From contig MGEI01000003.1 in NCBI GenBank assembly GCA_001791305.1, forward strand, positions 182,910 through 236,660: a stretch of DNA of 53,751 bases, in the 5' to 3' direction. Positions 32,121 through 41,533 of the stretch are shown one piece after another. Source of the DNA: Candidatus Uhrbacteria bacterium RIFCSPLOWO2_01_FULL_47_17. GTDB lineage: Bacteria > Patescibacteriota > Patescibacteriia > UBA9934 > GWF2-40-263. The notes beneath the pieces were generated by a model, which was given only the letters and a program-made list of their open reading frames with translations, was not told the origin of the DNA and did not search any database. A program made the translations under genes and the position numbers. Each line of letters opens with the position of its first letter. The stretch's first letter is position 1.

Positions 32121-32183
32121 ATTGTCTGATCATGTTCGATCGGCTACTATTGTAGCATCTCATTCGTAAATTCGTATAAATTT

Positions 32184-32810
32184 ATGTCCTCTGCAACGCA
32201 ATACGAACCAAAACCACTCCCGTTCAACAAATCACTGACTGGAATATCTGACAAAACCATGGCGATTCACCATGACAAGCTCTATGTCGGGTACGTGAAC
32301 AAAATGAAGGAAATCGCCGAAAAACTCAAAGAGATAAATGCAAGTGGAACAGGTCTCGACAAGGCGAACCAAAGTTTCTCTGAACTGCGCGCGCTTCGCA
32401 TGGCGGAAACATTTACGGTGAATGGAGTTTACCTGCACGAGTATTATTTCAACGTTCTCGGCGGAGACGGTGCCGCAAGCGGATCCCTCGTCGATGCGCT
32501 CGTCGAAAAATACGGCTCCCTTAAAAAATTCATCGCGTTCTTCTCCGCAACCGGCATGGCCGTACGCGGATGGGTTGTTCTTGCGTGGGACATGCAGCTC
32601 GGCCGATTAAAAATTTACGGATGTGATTCTCACAATCAAGGCGGTGTGTGGGGATGCGTCCCGATTCTGGTTCTCGATGTGTATGAACACGCGTACTTCA
32701 TCGACTACGGTTCTGATCGTCCAGCGTACATTGCCGATTTTTGGAAGAACTTAAATTGGAGTGCCGCAAATACACTTTTCGAGAAAGTTCGATCGTTTAA
32801 CTTGTCCTAA
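32184..32810 (+). CDS. Fe/Mn superoxide dismutase family
   Basis: HHDKLY.GYV, LHEYYF, DVYEHAY. Confidence 0.9.
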   Translation: MSSATQYEPKPLPFNKSLTGISDKTMAIHHDKLYVGYVNKMKEIAEKLKEINASGTGLDKANQSFSELRALRMAETFTVNGVYLHEYYFNVLGGDGAASGSLVDALVEKYGSLKKFIAFFSATGMAVRGWVVLAWDMQLGRLKIYGCDSHNQGGVWGCVPILVLDVYEHAYFIDYGSDRPAYIADFWKNLNWSAANTLFEKVRSFNLS

Positions 32811-32819
32811 CATCTCGCT

Positions 32820-33350
32820 ATGATTCGTATTTCACAACCAGCCCCATCATTCGAAAAAAACATTGCGTATAAAAAAGGCGCGTCTGATTTTGTAAAAATC
32901 AGTCTTGGTGATTACAAAGACAAGTGGCTCGTGTTCTTCTTTTATCCGCGAGATTTTACATTCATCTGTCCGACAGAATTAAAAGGGTTTGCACAACACA
33001 AGAGCGAATTTGAGGCACTCAATGCAGAGGTTCTCGCATGTTCCACAGACTCGGAATGGTCACACAAAAATTGGTTCGAGAAAGATCTTCCGGATGTTGA
33101 CTACCCAATTCTTGCCGACAATACGCATGCAATCGCAAAGGCCTATGATGTCTATAACGAAGTCGACGGCCTCGCAGAACGTGGAAGTTTCATCATCGAT
33201 CCAGAAGGCGTTGTTCGATACGCACTTATAAGTTCAGGTTCTGTCGGCCGCTCGGTCACCGAAACCATTCGCGTCTTGAAAGCACTACAGACGGGCGAGC
33301 TTTGTCCAATGGAATGGGCAGATGGAGGAAAGACGCTTGGAAAGGCATAA
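32820..33350 (+). CDS. ahpC: 2-Cys peroxiredoxin
   Basis: FYPRDFTFICPTE, STDS, GELCP. Confidence 0.93.
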   Translation: MIRISQPAPSFEKNIAYKKGASDFVKISLGDYKDKWLVFFFYPRDFTFICPTELKGFAQHKSEFEALNAEVLACSTDSEWSHKNWFEKDLPDVDYPILADNTHAIAKAYDVYNEVDGLAERGSFIIDPEGVVRYALISSGSVGRSVTETIRVLKALQTGELCPMEWADGGKTLGKA

Positions 33351-33353
33351 ACA

Positions 33354-33386
33354 AAAAACATCGCGATGATTTCGCGATATTTTTTG
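33354..33386. terminator. Bidirectional terminator
   Basis: atcgcga-tgatt-tcgcgat with A and T tails, between convergent genes. Confidence 0.65.
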
Positions 33387-33387
33387 T

Positions 33388-33663
33388 TTACTTAAGCATT
33401 TCGAGGATCTCAGGAATATCCGATTCCCTCACCTCGCCGAGGTACACATTCTTCGGCATGATCGCGACGGTTGCGCCGGATTCGCAGTTGCCGAGACAGC
33501 CTGTTTTCGAAACGCGAATCGTTGGATCCATGCCTGCGACCGCGAGTTTCAATGCATGATAAAGCTCAGACGATGCTTTTTGTGCACAGCATGGACGCCC
33601 ATCTGGTTTTTCGTTTGTGCACACGAGAACGAGTTTTGAAAATTGTTTATCGGATAAGCGCAT
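33388..33663 (-). CDS. Thioredoxin-like [2Fe-2S] ferredoxin
   Basis: VLVCTN...CC...TGCLGNC..G, Y.EV...D. Confidence 0.85.
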   Translation of the reverse strand: MRLSDKQFSKLVLVCTNEKPDGRPCCAQKASSELYHALKLAVAGMDPTIRVSKTGCLGNCESGATVAIMPKNVYLGEVRESDIPEILEMLK

Positions 33664-33706
33664 AAAGGTTGAGCGCAAGAAATCAATGTTATCGTTTTCA
33701 AGAAGC

Positions 33707-35197
33707 TTAGATGGAAAGTAAATATTTCAATAATGTTCGAACTCCGTGACCTGTTGCCCCCTTTTTCTCATACGCATTGATATCGCGCTCCGCAAATGCA
33801 GGGCCAGCAATATCGAGGTGAGCCCATGGAGTTTTATCGACGAATTCTTGGAGGAAGAGACCCGCGGTCAACGCTCCACCGTATCGACCGCCGATATTTT
33901 TGATGTCGGCAATATCACCCTGAATCAATTTGCGATAATTTTTCTCGAGCGGCAACTCCCACATTTTCTCTCCGGCCGATGCGGCCGCTGTCAATAATGC
34001 ATTCGAGAGTGCGGGGGTATTCGACATCACTCCTGTGATTTCCTCACCGAGCGCGACAACACATGCACCTGTGAGTGTTGCAAGATCAATAATTGCGTCA
34101 GGTTTCTGTCGCGTTGCATACACAAGTGCGTCCGCGAGGATGAGTCGTCCTTCGGCATCTGTGTTCAACACTTCGACGGTCTTCTTGTTCATAATCTCAA
34201 TCACATCTCCCGGACGAATAGCATTTCCGGAAGGCATATTCTCGACGGTCGCAAAAATTCCATGAACTTCAACCTTTGGTGCGATTGCCGCGATAACGGC
34301 GAAGACTCCGAGAACATCCGCAGCGCCGGCCATGTCACATTTCATGGTCATCATGTAATCCGCTGGCTTGAGCGAGAGACCGCCAGAATCAAACGTGACA
34401 CCTTTTCCAACAAGCGCAATGCGCTTCTTTGACTTCGTTGCGGGTGTGTAGGTCATGTGAACGAGGAACGACGGATGGTCCGATCCTTGTGAGACGCACA
34501 AAATTCCACCTGCACCCATTTTTGCGAGTTTTTCTTCATCAAAAACTTTTACTTTGATTTGTTTGTTATTCTTTGCAATTAATTTTGCCTCATCGACGAG
34601 ATGTTGCGGTGCCATATGCAATCCTGGAGTGTTGACGAGGTCTCGCACAAAAAGCGTTCCTTTGACGAATTGCTCTGCGAGTTCCATTCCCTTCTTTGCC
34701 GCAATCACATCGCGTCCATCCTCAACGAGAAGATCGAGGGATTTCAAATGCGTCTTTTTCTCTTTTTTGTATCGACCAAATCCATAATCTGCCAAACGAA
34801 TCCCCTCAATCATTGCATGCGTGCGTTCTCGTACATCTGAGACATCACCAAGCAACAAACAAACAGCAGACTTCGCCGTCGTTTGTTTTATCGCGCTCAA
34901 AGCAATGGCAGCTGCTTGGCGAATGGTTTCAAGGGTACACTCCTCTTTTTTTCCGAGCCCCACGAGCAATAAACGCTTTGAAGCAAACGCGTCATTTGAT
35001 CGTGCCCAAAGAATCTGATTCGCTTTTCCGTGAAACGATTCTTCTTTGGCGATTTGTGTGAGGAGCCCTTCAAGAAGTTCGTCGATTTTTTTCGAGGACG
35101 CTGAATGCTCAAACGATTGTTTATCTTGATAAACACCCAAAACAAGAACATCACTTGTTTCTGAAACGAGATCGGATTTTTTGATGCGAATTTCCAT
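33707..35197 (-). CDS. pepA: Leucyl aminopeptidase (M17)
   Basis: GKGVTFDSGG, MKCDMAG, NTDAEGRL, DLATLTG, WAHLDIAG. Confidence 0.97.
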   Translation of the reverse strand: MEIRIKKSDLVSETSDVLVLGVYQDKQSFEHSASSKKIDELLEGLLTQIAKEESFHGKANQILWARSNDAFASKRLLLVGLGKKEECTLETIRQAAAIALSAIKQTTAKSAVCLLLGDVSDVRERTHAMIEGIRLADYGFGRYKKEKKTHLKSLDLLVEDGRDVIAAKKGMELAEQFVKGTLFVRDLVNTPGLHMAPQHLVDEAKLIAKNNKQIKVKVFDEEKLAKMGAGGILCVSQGSDHPSFLVHMTYTPATKSKKRIALVGKGVTFDSGGLSLKPADYMMTMKCDMAGAADVLGVFAVIAAIAPKVEVHGIFATVENMPSGNAIRPGDVIEIMNKKTVEVLNTDAEGRLILADALVYATRQKPDAIIDLATLTGACVVALGEEITGVMSNTPALSNALLTAAASAGEKMWELPLEKNYRKLIQGDIADIKNIGGRYGGALTAGLFLQEFVDKTPWAHLDIAGPAFAERDINAYEKKGATGHGVRTLLKYLLSI

Positions 35198-35246
35198 AAA
35201 ACAGAAAAAAAATAAGCTTTGTGAGAGCTTACCCGTGTTCGCTAAA

Positions 35247-35597
35247 TTATTCAAACCGAACAGAGAACGAATACACGAACGGAAGCGTCATCACAAAAAA
35301 GATGAGTGTGGAAAACAGAAAAAACGAGAGAAGGGATTTACGATGATGAGAGCAGTCTTTTCCACGCCAATACCAACCAGCAATCAAAAAGACAAACACG
35401 AACGTTCCAATCGCTTTCAAATACATTCCGGAAATGGGTCCAACCGATGGAATGATTGTGTAGAGTCGTGCAATAAAGGGAATGCGCACGACCAATAAAT
35501 TTACAATCCACATGACCTGAAGTGTCAGAGCCCCCGCAAGAAGCGCGGCGCATGCGATGGATTCATGAAAGCGATTTTTGAACAGATGATGAAACAT
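35247..35597 (-). CDS. Hypothetical membrane protein
   Basis: Three hydrophobic segments; follows 35602-36057 at 4-nt spacing. Confidence 0.7.
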   Translation of the reverse strand: MFHHLFKNRFHESIACAALLAGALTLQVMWIVNLLVVRIPFIARLYTIIPSVGPISGMYLKAIGTFVFVFLIAGWYWRGKDCSHHRKSLLSFFLFSTLIFFVMTLPFVYSFSVRFE

Positions 35598-35601
35598 ACG
35601 A

Positions 35602-36057
35602 TCAAATCAATGACTCAAATCCAATGACAAGAACCGTGAGAAAACTCACGATCACACAAAATTGCATGGCAAAAACATACGTCTTTGCATGTGGCTCTTT
35701 TTCATGACCGTGACAAACAGAAAGCAGCAAAATAGCGACGATCGTAAATAAGATGGGAATCTGAATGAGTAACCAACGATGTGTTGAAAATAATTCGGAA
35801 ATAACGCCCGTGGAAGAATCTTCATAAAGACGCGTCACACTTCCAATCAAATCAAACGCAAGAATTCCGTCCAATGTGAGGTGAATCAGCACAAGAAATC
35901 CAAGAAGTGCGCTTGTGATCAAGGAACTCAATTTCACAAGAAACGACAACACAAGGGCGGCGCTCATGAGCATGAGCAAACATCCAAATAAAATAGTTCC
36001 TGGTTCCAGGAAAAAAATGCGGAGGAGCGGTTGTGTTGTAAGCAAATAGCCGTTCAT
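35602..36057 (-). CDS. Hypothetical four-TM membrane protein
   Basis: Hydrophobic ORF; start MNGYLL 9 nt after TATAAT. Confidence 0.7.
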   Translation of the reverse strand: MNGYLLTTQPLLRIFFLEPGTILFGCLLMLMSAALVLSFLVKLSSLITSALLGFLVLIHLTLDGILAFDLIGSVTRLYEDSSTGVISELFSTHRWLLIQIPILFTIVAILLLSVCHGHEKEPHAKTYVFAMQFCVIVSFLTVLVIGFESLI

Positions 36058-36109
36058 AATGTTCAAATTATACACGATCAATCGTTATTACGCACGCAGA
36101 GCAAAATTC

Positions 36110-36138
36110 TTGACAAAATTATCCATAAATCGTATCCT
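36110..36138 (+). promoter_or_regulatory. sigma70-like promoter of small basic peptide gene
   Basis: TTGACA-17nt-TATCCT. Confidence 0.6.
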
Positions 36139-36154
36139 TCCTTTGTTCATACAT

Positions 36155-36179
36155 GGGTAGGCACGAGACCTACCCCTAC
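36155..36179 (-). repeat. GTAG-type REP element
   Basis: Minus strand GTAG-GGGTAGG-tctcgtg-CCTACCC. Confidence 0.7.
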
Positions 36180-36200
36180 AAATCCAGATTAAATTTATCT

Positions 36201-36311
36201 ATGGCAAAACGAAAAATGATTCGCACCAAATGGAAGGCGGAACGCAAAGTCCAGCTTGCAAGTAACCGCAGGCAGAAAGCTGTTCGCCTCGCTAAAGCTG
36301 CAGCAAAATAA
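36201..36311 (+). CDS. 36-aa highly basic peptide, possibly ribosome- or nucleic-acid-associated
   Basis: MAKRKMIRTKWKAERKVQLASNRRQKAVRLAKAAAK*; own promoter and downstream hairpins; below ORF-track cutoff. Confidence 0.7.
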   Translation: MAKRKMIRTKWKAERKVQLASNRRQKAVRLAKAAAK

Positions 36312-36370
36312 ACCACGTCACTCGCGAGTGACGTGGTAAAAAAAAGCCCTGACACATTGTCGGGCTTTTT
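36312..36370. terminator. 26-bp perfect palindrome plus bidirectional terminator
   Basis: accacgtcactcgcgagtgacgtggt (36312-36337), then aaaaaagccctgacacattgtcgggcttttt. Confidence 0.7.
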
Positions 36371-36387
36371 TGTTTTCACTTGTTTCT

Positions 36388-36978
36388 TTATCGAACGACT
36401 CCTTCGAGTAAATGTTCTCCGGGAACCGTTGCGTTTGCTGTCTGAAGTGTTACGACAAAAAAATCATATTCGCTCAAATCCATTTTTGATGCATAGGTAA
36501 GCGTCATGATTTTTCCAATCGCATTCAACTCACCCAAATTCAAAACCTTCATCCCATCACCCCGTTTCACGAGCCATGCTTGATACGAAGATCCATTCGT
36601 TGTTTCTGGTAGATCACCAAAGGTTGCCGCAACCTGAAATTTTCCTTGCGAAAAATTCAGGTGCACAAGACCATAACTTGTTCCACCCGTTACATCCGCA
36701 AGGGCCGCTGCTTTCCAATTTTTGAAATCAACGCCGTTTAACAATTCCCAATCTGGAGTCGTGAGTTTTTTTTCATCCACAATCAACACGGCAGGATCCT
36801 GCATATGTTGAATTTCGCCCGTGTCCATAATAAGACCCTGCTTTTTTGCTTCGAGTAGAATGGCTGCGCGATCAATGTCTTGTTTATTTTCTTCTGTTGG
36901 TTTGATGACACGACTACATCCAAATCCAAGCACAGCAATCAATCCAACGAGTCCGATCACTTTCGAAATACGTTTCAT
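36388..36978 (-). CDS. Lipoprotein with RskA/anti-sigma-K-like C-terminal domain
   Basis: Lipobox LGFGC; LP...YQAWLV...LGEL...VVTLQ...PG. Confidence 0.65.
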   Translation of the reverse strand: MKRISKVIGLVGLIAVLGFGCSRVIKPTEENKQDIDRAAILLEAKKQGLIMDTGEIQHMQDPAVLIVDEKKLTTPDWELLNGVDFKNWKAAALADVTGGTSYGLVHLNFSQGKFQVAATFGDLPETTNGSSYQAWLVKRGDGMKVLNLGELNAIGKIMTLTYASKMDLSEYDFFVVTLQTANATVPGEHLLEGVVR

Positions 36979-37112
36979 ATCAACAATTCATTTCCATTTC
37001 TTAAGCCCAATCACTTGAGCGTTTCTATCTACTCGATAACGTCCGACAGTATAGCACAACCTGTTTTTGATGCGAATATTGAAAAGACTCCGTTTTCGGA
37101 GTCTTTTTTAGC

Positions 37113-37871
37113 CTAGTTTGAAAGAAGATAGGTGACGGTTACGTGAAGGCGTAATTCCTGTGTTCCTGATTGGATAGAAGGAGCACTCGACGCCATTCCT
37201 CCGCCGATGCCTTTATCGGCAAAATACGGAACCGGTCCACCTCCATCTTCTTTATATTCGCTGTAACTCACAACACGTTCAATCTTCAGTCCGAGCGCCT
37301 TCACAATGGCTTCTGCTTTTTGTTTTGCATCCGCAAGAGCTTTTGCGCGCGCGGTTGCTTCATAAGCCGTTTGATCATCAACGGTAAATGTGGGTCCACT
37401 AATGGATGTAGATCCGTTTTGTCCGGCAATTTCTACAATCGTTGAAATCTTTTGGACATCTCGAATCTTTACCGCAAGGGACTGTGAAACCACCCATCCG
37501 GTGCTTTCAGATTTTTGTGTCTCCGGATTCCATTCCGTTTTCTCATACGCGCTGTAATCTTTTGTTTGCAAATCTGCTTCCAGAACACCTGCTTTTTTTA
37601 TTTTTTCAATAAGCGTATTCATGAGCGTTGAATTTTGCTTTTGCGCCTCAGAAACTGTTTTCCCCGTGGAAGAAATTCCAAACGTCATGACCGCAATGTC
37701 TGGAGACATCGTGGCTTTTCCGACACCCTCAACAAAAATCGTGTGTTCTAAAGGTAACGGCTTATTCAAAAGAGAGGATTTAACACCAAGAAAAATAACA
37801 AGAGAAAGGCATACAAGTGAAAGGGCGACGGTGAAAAGTGGATTTTCCCGCCAGGTTGGAAAGAAGGACAT
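37113..37871 (-). CDS. SIMPL (DUF541) family protein
   Basis: I.VEG.G...PDIA, AR.KALADA..KA, V.VTY. Confidence 0.9.
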   Translation of the reverse strand: MSFFPTWRENPLFTVALSLVCLSLVIFLGVKSSLLNKPLPLEHTIFVEGVGKATMSPDIAVMTFGISSTGKTVSEAQKQNSTLMNTLIEKIKKAGVLEADLQTKDYSAYEKTEWNPETQKSESTGWVVSQSLAVKIRDVQKISTIVEIAGQNGSTSISGPTFTVDDQTAYEATARAKALADAKQKAEAIVKALGLKIERVVSYSEYKEDGGGPVPYFADKGIGGGMASSAPSIQSGTQELRLHVTVTYLLSN

Positions 37872-38030
37872 AAGGGTAAGGACAGAAATTCTCTCTGCCC
37901 GATTGAACGTCAATGCGTTCGTTAATAAATAAACAGATTGCGTTCAGTATACAACTTTTTTTCAAGATTGAATATTGACGAAAAGAGTTTTTTTTGTTAC
38001 AGTTTCGACCTCTTGGATGGAGGTACCCGG

Positions 38031-39023
38031 ATGGACCAAGACGACCGGAAGGTTGCAGATCTGCTTGAAGACCAAGACATCGTCGACAGAAAATTTGCAG
38101 ATCGTGTTGCAAAACGATTTGACGATATTGAGACAACACCCAACTGGCTTACTGTGTGGCGAATCATTCTCGCCGTCCCGACTTTGCTTTGTTTCTTTAT
38201 CGCGAATCTCTTCGTGAATAAGAATCAAGATTTCACACTATGGCTCTGGGGAACACTCGGCACAGCCCTTCTTTACATGAGTCATGAGCTGTGGAATTTC
38301 TACCATAAGAAGAATGATATGCTGGTGACAACATCACGTCTGTTATTCTTCTCACCGTTTCTCACGGTTTCCGCCTTTGCCATCCAATCATTGCATCGTG
38401 ATGCATTGATTTGGCTCTTGTGCATGACGGCCGGCGGACTCTTTTACATTTGGGCCGCTCTCCTCGATGCCTTCGATGGAGCGCTTGCACGTTTCCAGGA
38501 TGACAGAGACAAAATTCCAAAACACGCTCGACCAAGAACATCTGAGAGCGATGAATACAATCTCCCATTCTCAAAGCGGTTGAATCTGCAAGGATCTTCC
38601 CATTACGGTGGAGTGCTTGACCCACTCAGCGACAAAATTCTGTACTTCGTGACAGTCTTTCCGCTTGGATGGAATACAGTCGAACACCTCTATTTATTGT
38701 TTAGCCTCTTTGTTGCGCTCTTACTCACGCTTATTCGTTTTCGCGCCATCAGACGCGCATTCGAAATTGCAGGAAAGGGCTCAGCGAATCGATTTGGCAA
38801 ATACAAGATCTGGGTTGAGGTCGCAACAGTTGCGGCACTCGCTCTCCTTCTTATGGGACCATTTCGCGTTCTGTGCGCAAACATCTTGATCGGAACCGCA
38901 CTCATCATCGGCATTCTCTCCCTTGCCGGCCATGCATGGCTCGGCTACAAAAAAGCTGTTGCACTTCGAAAAGCTGCGGCGGCTCGTCGGAAATCTTCCT
39001 CTTCCCTCCGTATTGTCAAATGA
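38031..39023 (+). CDS. CDP-alcohol phosphatidyltransferase family, with insertions
   Basis: TPNWLT..R, DAFDGALAR...GGVLDPLSDK, AN.FGK.K; GGAGG SD. Confidence 0.85.
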   Translation: MDQDDRKVADLLEDQDIVDRKFADRVAKRFDDIETTPNWLTVWRIILAVPTLLCFFIANLFVNKNQDFTLWLWGTLGTALLYMSHELWNFYHKKNDMLVTTSRLLFFSPFLTVSAFAIQSLHRDALIWLLCMTAGGLFYIWAALLDAFDGALARFQDDRDKIPKHARPRTSESDEYNLPFSKRLNLQGSSHYGGVLDPLSDKILYFVTVFPLGWNTVEHLYLLFSLFVALLLTLIRFRAIRRAFEIAGKGSANRFGKYKIWVEVATVAALALLLMGPFRVLCANILIGTALIIGILSLAGHAWLGYKKAVALRKAAAARRKSSSSLRIVK

Positions 39024-39035
39024 CACGGAGGTTTT

Positions 39036-40316
39036 TTATTTCGCTTCCTCAAGGATCACATTTACATCCTTTTGTTCCCCTCCATGGAGCACCTTCAACT
39101 TCAATGTTTCACCAACCTTCTTTTGACGAATATACGTTGTGAGTGGATGCTCCACGTCAATCTTTTTTCCGTCAGCTTCCAAAATAATATCGTACTCTAC
39201 GATTCCAGCTTTATTTGCCGGCGATCCTGGAATCACCGCTAAATCCGTTTGCTTTTCTCCTCGAACAACAAGGACACCGTAATCTACCGTCAGTTGATTT
39301 TGTTTTTTTAATGCCTCAGTAACTGGTAAATAACGAATTCCAAGAAATGGACGAATCGTTCGGCCATTCACTTTCATGGATTCGATGGATTGTTTAATCA
39401 TGTTTGCCGCAAGGGCGAATCCAACATTTTCTGAACCTTGTGCAACGGCCACGTTTACTCCAACGACTTTTCCTTCCATGTTAATGAGAGGTCCACCGGA
39501 ATTTCCTGGGTTGATGGCGGCATCGGTCTGAATAAGATGATCCAAATTTTCTGATGTCGCACTGTTTTGCGCAGTGATGGATCGTGAAAGACCTGAGACC
39601 ACACCTGTTGAAACCGTATTTCTAAATTCCCCAAGCGCGTTTCCAATAGCGACAACAGATTGTCCAAGTTTCAATGAGTCTGAGTCACCAAACTCCGCAA
39701 ACGGCAAATTCTTTTCTTCAATTTTCAAAAGAGCAATGTCCAATCCATCATCAAGTGCAATGACGCGTGCATCATATTTTTTTCCTCCATTCAAAAAGAC
39801 GGTGTATTTTGCCGTCGAATCATTAACGACGTGTGCATTACTCACAATGTATCCGTCTGCAGAAATAAGAAAACCGGATCCCCCTCCCACTTCTTTTGAT
39901 TCTGTCCCATTCTGACGATAGCGCGGAACTTGAAAATTTCCGAATGGGCTATTTTCTCCAAATGGATTCACAAAATACTGCTCCATGACAGGAACATCTT
40001 TTGTGATCACAATAGACACAACCGCCGGATTCACCTTCGCAACAATTTCACTAACATCCAAAGGACGCACAGGGGCAGGAGTTTTTTCCGCAGGTTTACT
40101 TTTTTTTGTTGAATCATCCATTCCAGAAAAAACAGGAATCACTGACATGGGTCGTGAAACGGATTGCAAAAAAGGCCGAAACTTTACAACAAGGTTCTGC
40201 GCAACCACAAGAACCACGACGCTTACGGCAATGCTGCCACACACCCCACCAAGTAAACCAAATAAAAACGATCGGCCGTCTCCGTCTCGAAAAAAGTCTT
40301 TTTTATTGAAAAACAT
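39036..40316 (-). CDS. HtrA/DegP serine protease with one PDZ domain
   Basis: GSGF, SNAHVV, DIALLK, TDAAINPGNSGGPL, PGSPA.KAG. Confidence 0.96.
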   Translation of the reverse strand: MFFNKKDFFRDGDGRSFLFGLLGGVCGSIAVSVVVLVVAQNLVVKFRPFLQSVSRPMSVIPVFSGMDDSTKKSKPAEKTPAPVRPLDVSEIVAKVNPAVVSIVITKDVPVMEQYFVNPFGENSPFGNFQVPRYRQNGTESKEVGGGSGFLISADGYIVSNAHVVNDSTAKYTVFLNGGKKYDARVIALDDGLDIALLKIEEKNLPFAEFGDSDSLKLGQSVVAIGNALGEFRNTVSTGVVSGLSRSITAQNSATSENLDHLIQTDAAINPGNSGGPLINMEGKVVGVNVAVAQGSENVGFALAANMIKQSIESMKVNGRTIRPFLGIRYLPVTEALKKQNQLTVDYGVLVVRGEKQTDLAVIPGSPANKAGIVEYDIILEADGKKIDVEHPLTTYIRQKKVGETLKLKVLHGGEQKDVNVILEEAK

Positions 40317-40411
40317 AAAAATGAAATTGAATTCAATATTTACATCGCATTTTACCTAAAATGGTTGCACATCGCCAAGATATGGTAGAGTATTTCTATT
40401 CTATAAACCAT

Positions 40412-41530
40412 ATGCCTTCACAAACTCAATCACAAATTCAGACGCTCCTAGATGGCAGCGGAATCACCCTCAACGGAACAAATCCGTGGGACATCCAAGT
40501 CAAAAACGAAGCATTCTATAACCGTGTTCTCACCCAAGGCTCGCTCGGCTTCGGCGAAAGCTACATGGACGGCTGGTGGGAATGCGATGCCATCGATGAA
40601 CTCATCACCCGACTTTTTTCGATTGATGTCACGCGTCGATTGAAAACGAACTGGAAAGAGATCGGACTTCTTCTTGCTTCCTCGCTTATGAATCGGCAGG
40701 CGGGAAAGCGAGCGTACAAAATTGGAGAGGAACATTACGACGTTGGAAATGAGCTTTATAAAGCCATGCTCGACAAGCGCATGGTTTATACCTGTGGCTA
40801 TTGGAAAGATGCAACAGATCTAGACTCTGCACAGGAAGCGAAATTAGATCTTGTTTGCAAAAAGATTGGTCTCAAAGCCGGCGATCGCGTTCTCGACATA
40901 GGTTGTGGCTGGGGGAGCTTTGCAAAATTTGCTGCAGAAAAATATGGTGCGAGCGTCGTTGGAATTACTGTGTCGCGTGAACAACTCGCGCTTGGAAAAA
41001 AAGCGTGCGAGAGCCTCGACGTCGAATTGCGTTATCAAGACTATCGTGATGTCAACGAAAAATTTGATCACATCGTCTCGCTTGGCATGTTTGAACACGT
41101 TGGATACAAAAATTATCGTTCATACATGGAAGTTGCGGAACGTTGCTTAAAAGATGATGGATTATTTCTCCTGCACACGATCGGGACAACACAATCCGTC
41201 ATGTCCACAGATCCATGGATCGAAAAATACATTTTCCCAAATTCCATGCTTCCCTCTCTCGCGCAAATCACAAAGTCCGTCGAAAAATTGTTTGTCGTCG
41301 AAGACATTCATAATTTCAGCGTAGATTACGACACAACACTCATGCATTGGTTTCAGAACTTCGAGAAGGCGTGGCCAACACTCAACGAGCAGTACGATGA
41401 ACGTTTCTATCGCATGTGGAAATTCTATCTGCTCACGTGCGCCGGATCATTTCGCTCTCGCAGAAACCAGTTGTGGCAAATTGTCCTCTCGAAGAGGGGT
41501 GTTGCGGGTGGATATCAATCGATTCGATAA
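40412..41530 (+). CDS. cfa: Cyclopropane fatty acyl phospholipid synthase
   Basis: GSLGFGESYMDGWW, HYD.GN, YTCGYW, LDIGCGWG, GMFEHVG, RMW.FYL..C. Confidence 0.95.
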   Translation: MPSQTQSQIQTLLDGSGITLNGTNPWDIQVKNEAFYNRVLTQGSLGFGESYMDGWWECDAIDELITRLFSIDVTRRLKTNWKEIGLLLASSLMNRQAGKRAYKIGEEHYDVGNELYKAMLDKRMVYTCGYWKDATDLDSAQEAKLDLVCKKIGLKAGDRVLDIGCGWGSFAKFAAEKYGASVVGITVSREQLALGKKACESLDVELRYQDYRDVNEKFDHIVSLGMFEHVGYKNYRSYMEVAERCLKDDGLFLLHTIGTTQSVMSTDPWIEKYIFPNSMLPSLAQITKSVEKLFVVEDIHNFSVDYDTTLMHWFQNFEKAWPTLNEQYDERFYRMWKFYLLTCAGSFRSRRNQLWQIVLSKRGVAGGYQSIR

Positions 41531-41533
41531 TAA

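Noticed and set aside
36176-36379. 67-aa minus-strand ORF from the track
   Set aside because: It begins inside the terminator and is antisense to the better-supported 36-aa gene.
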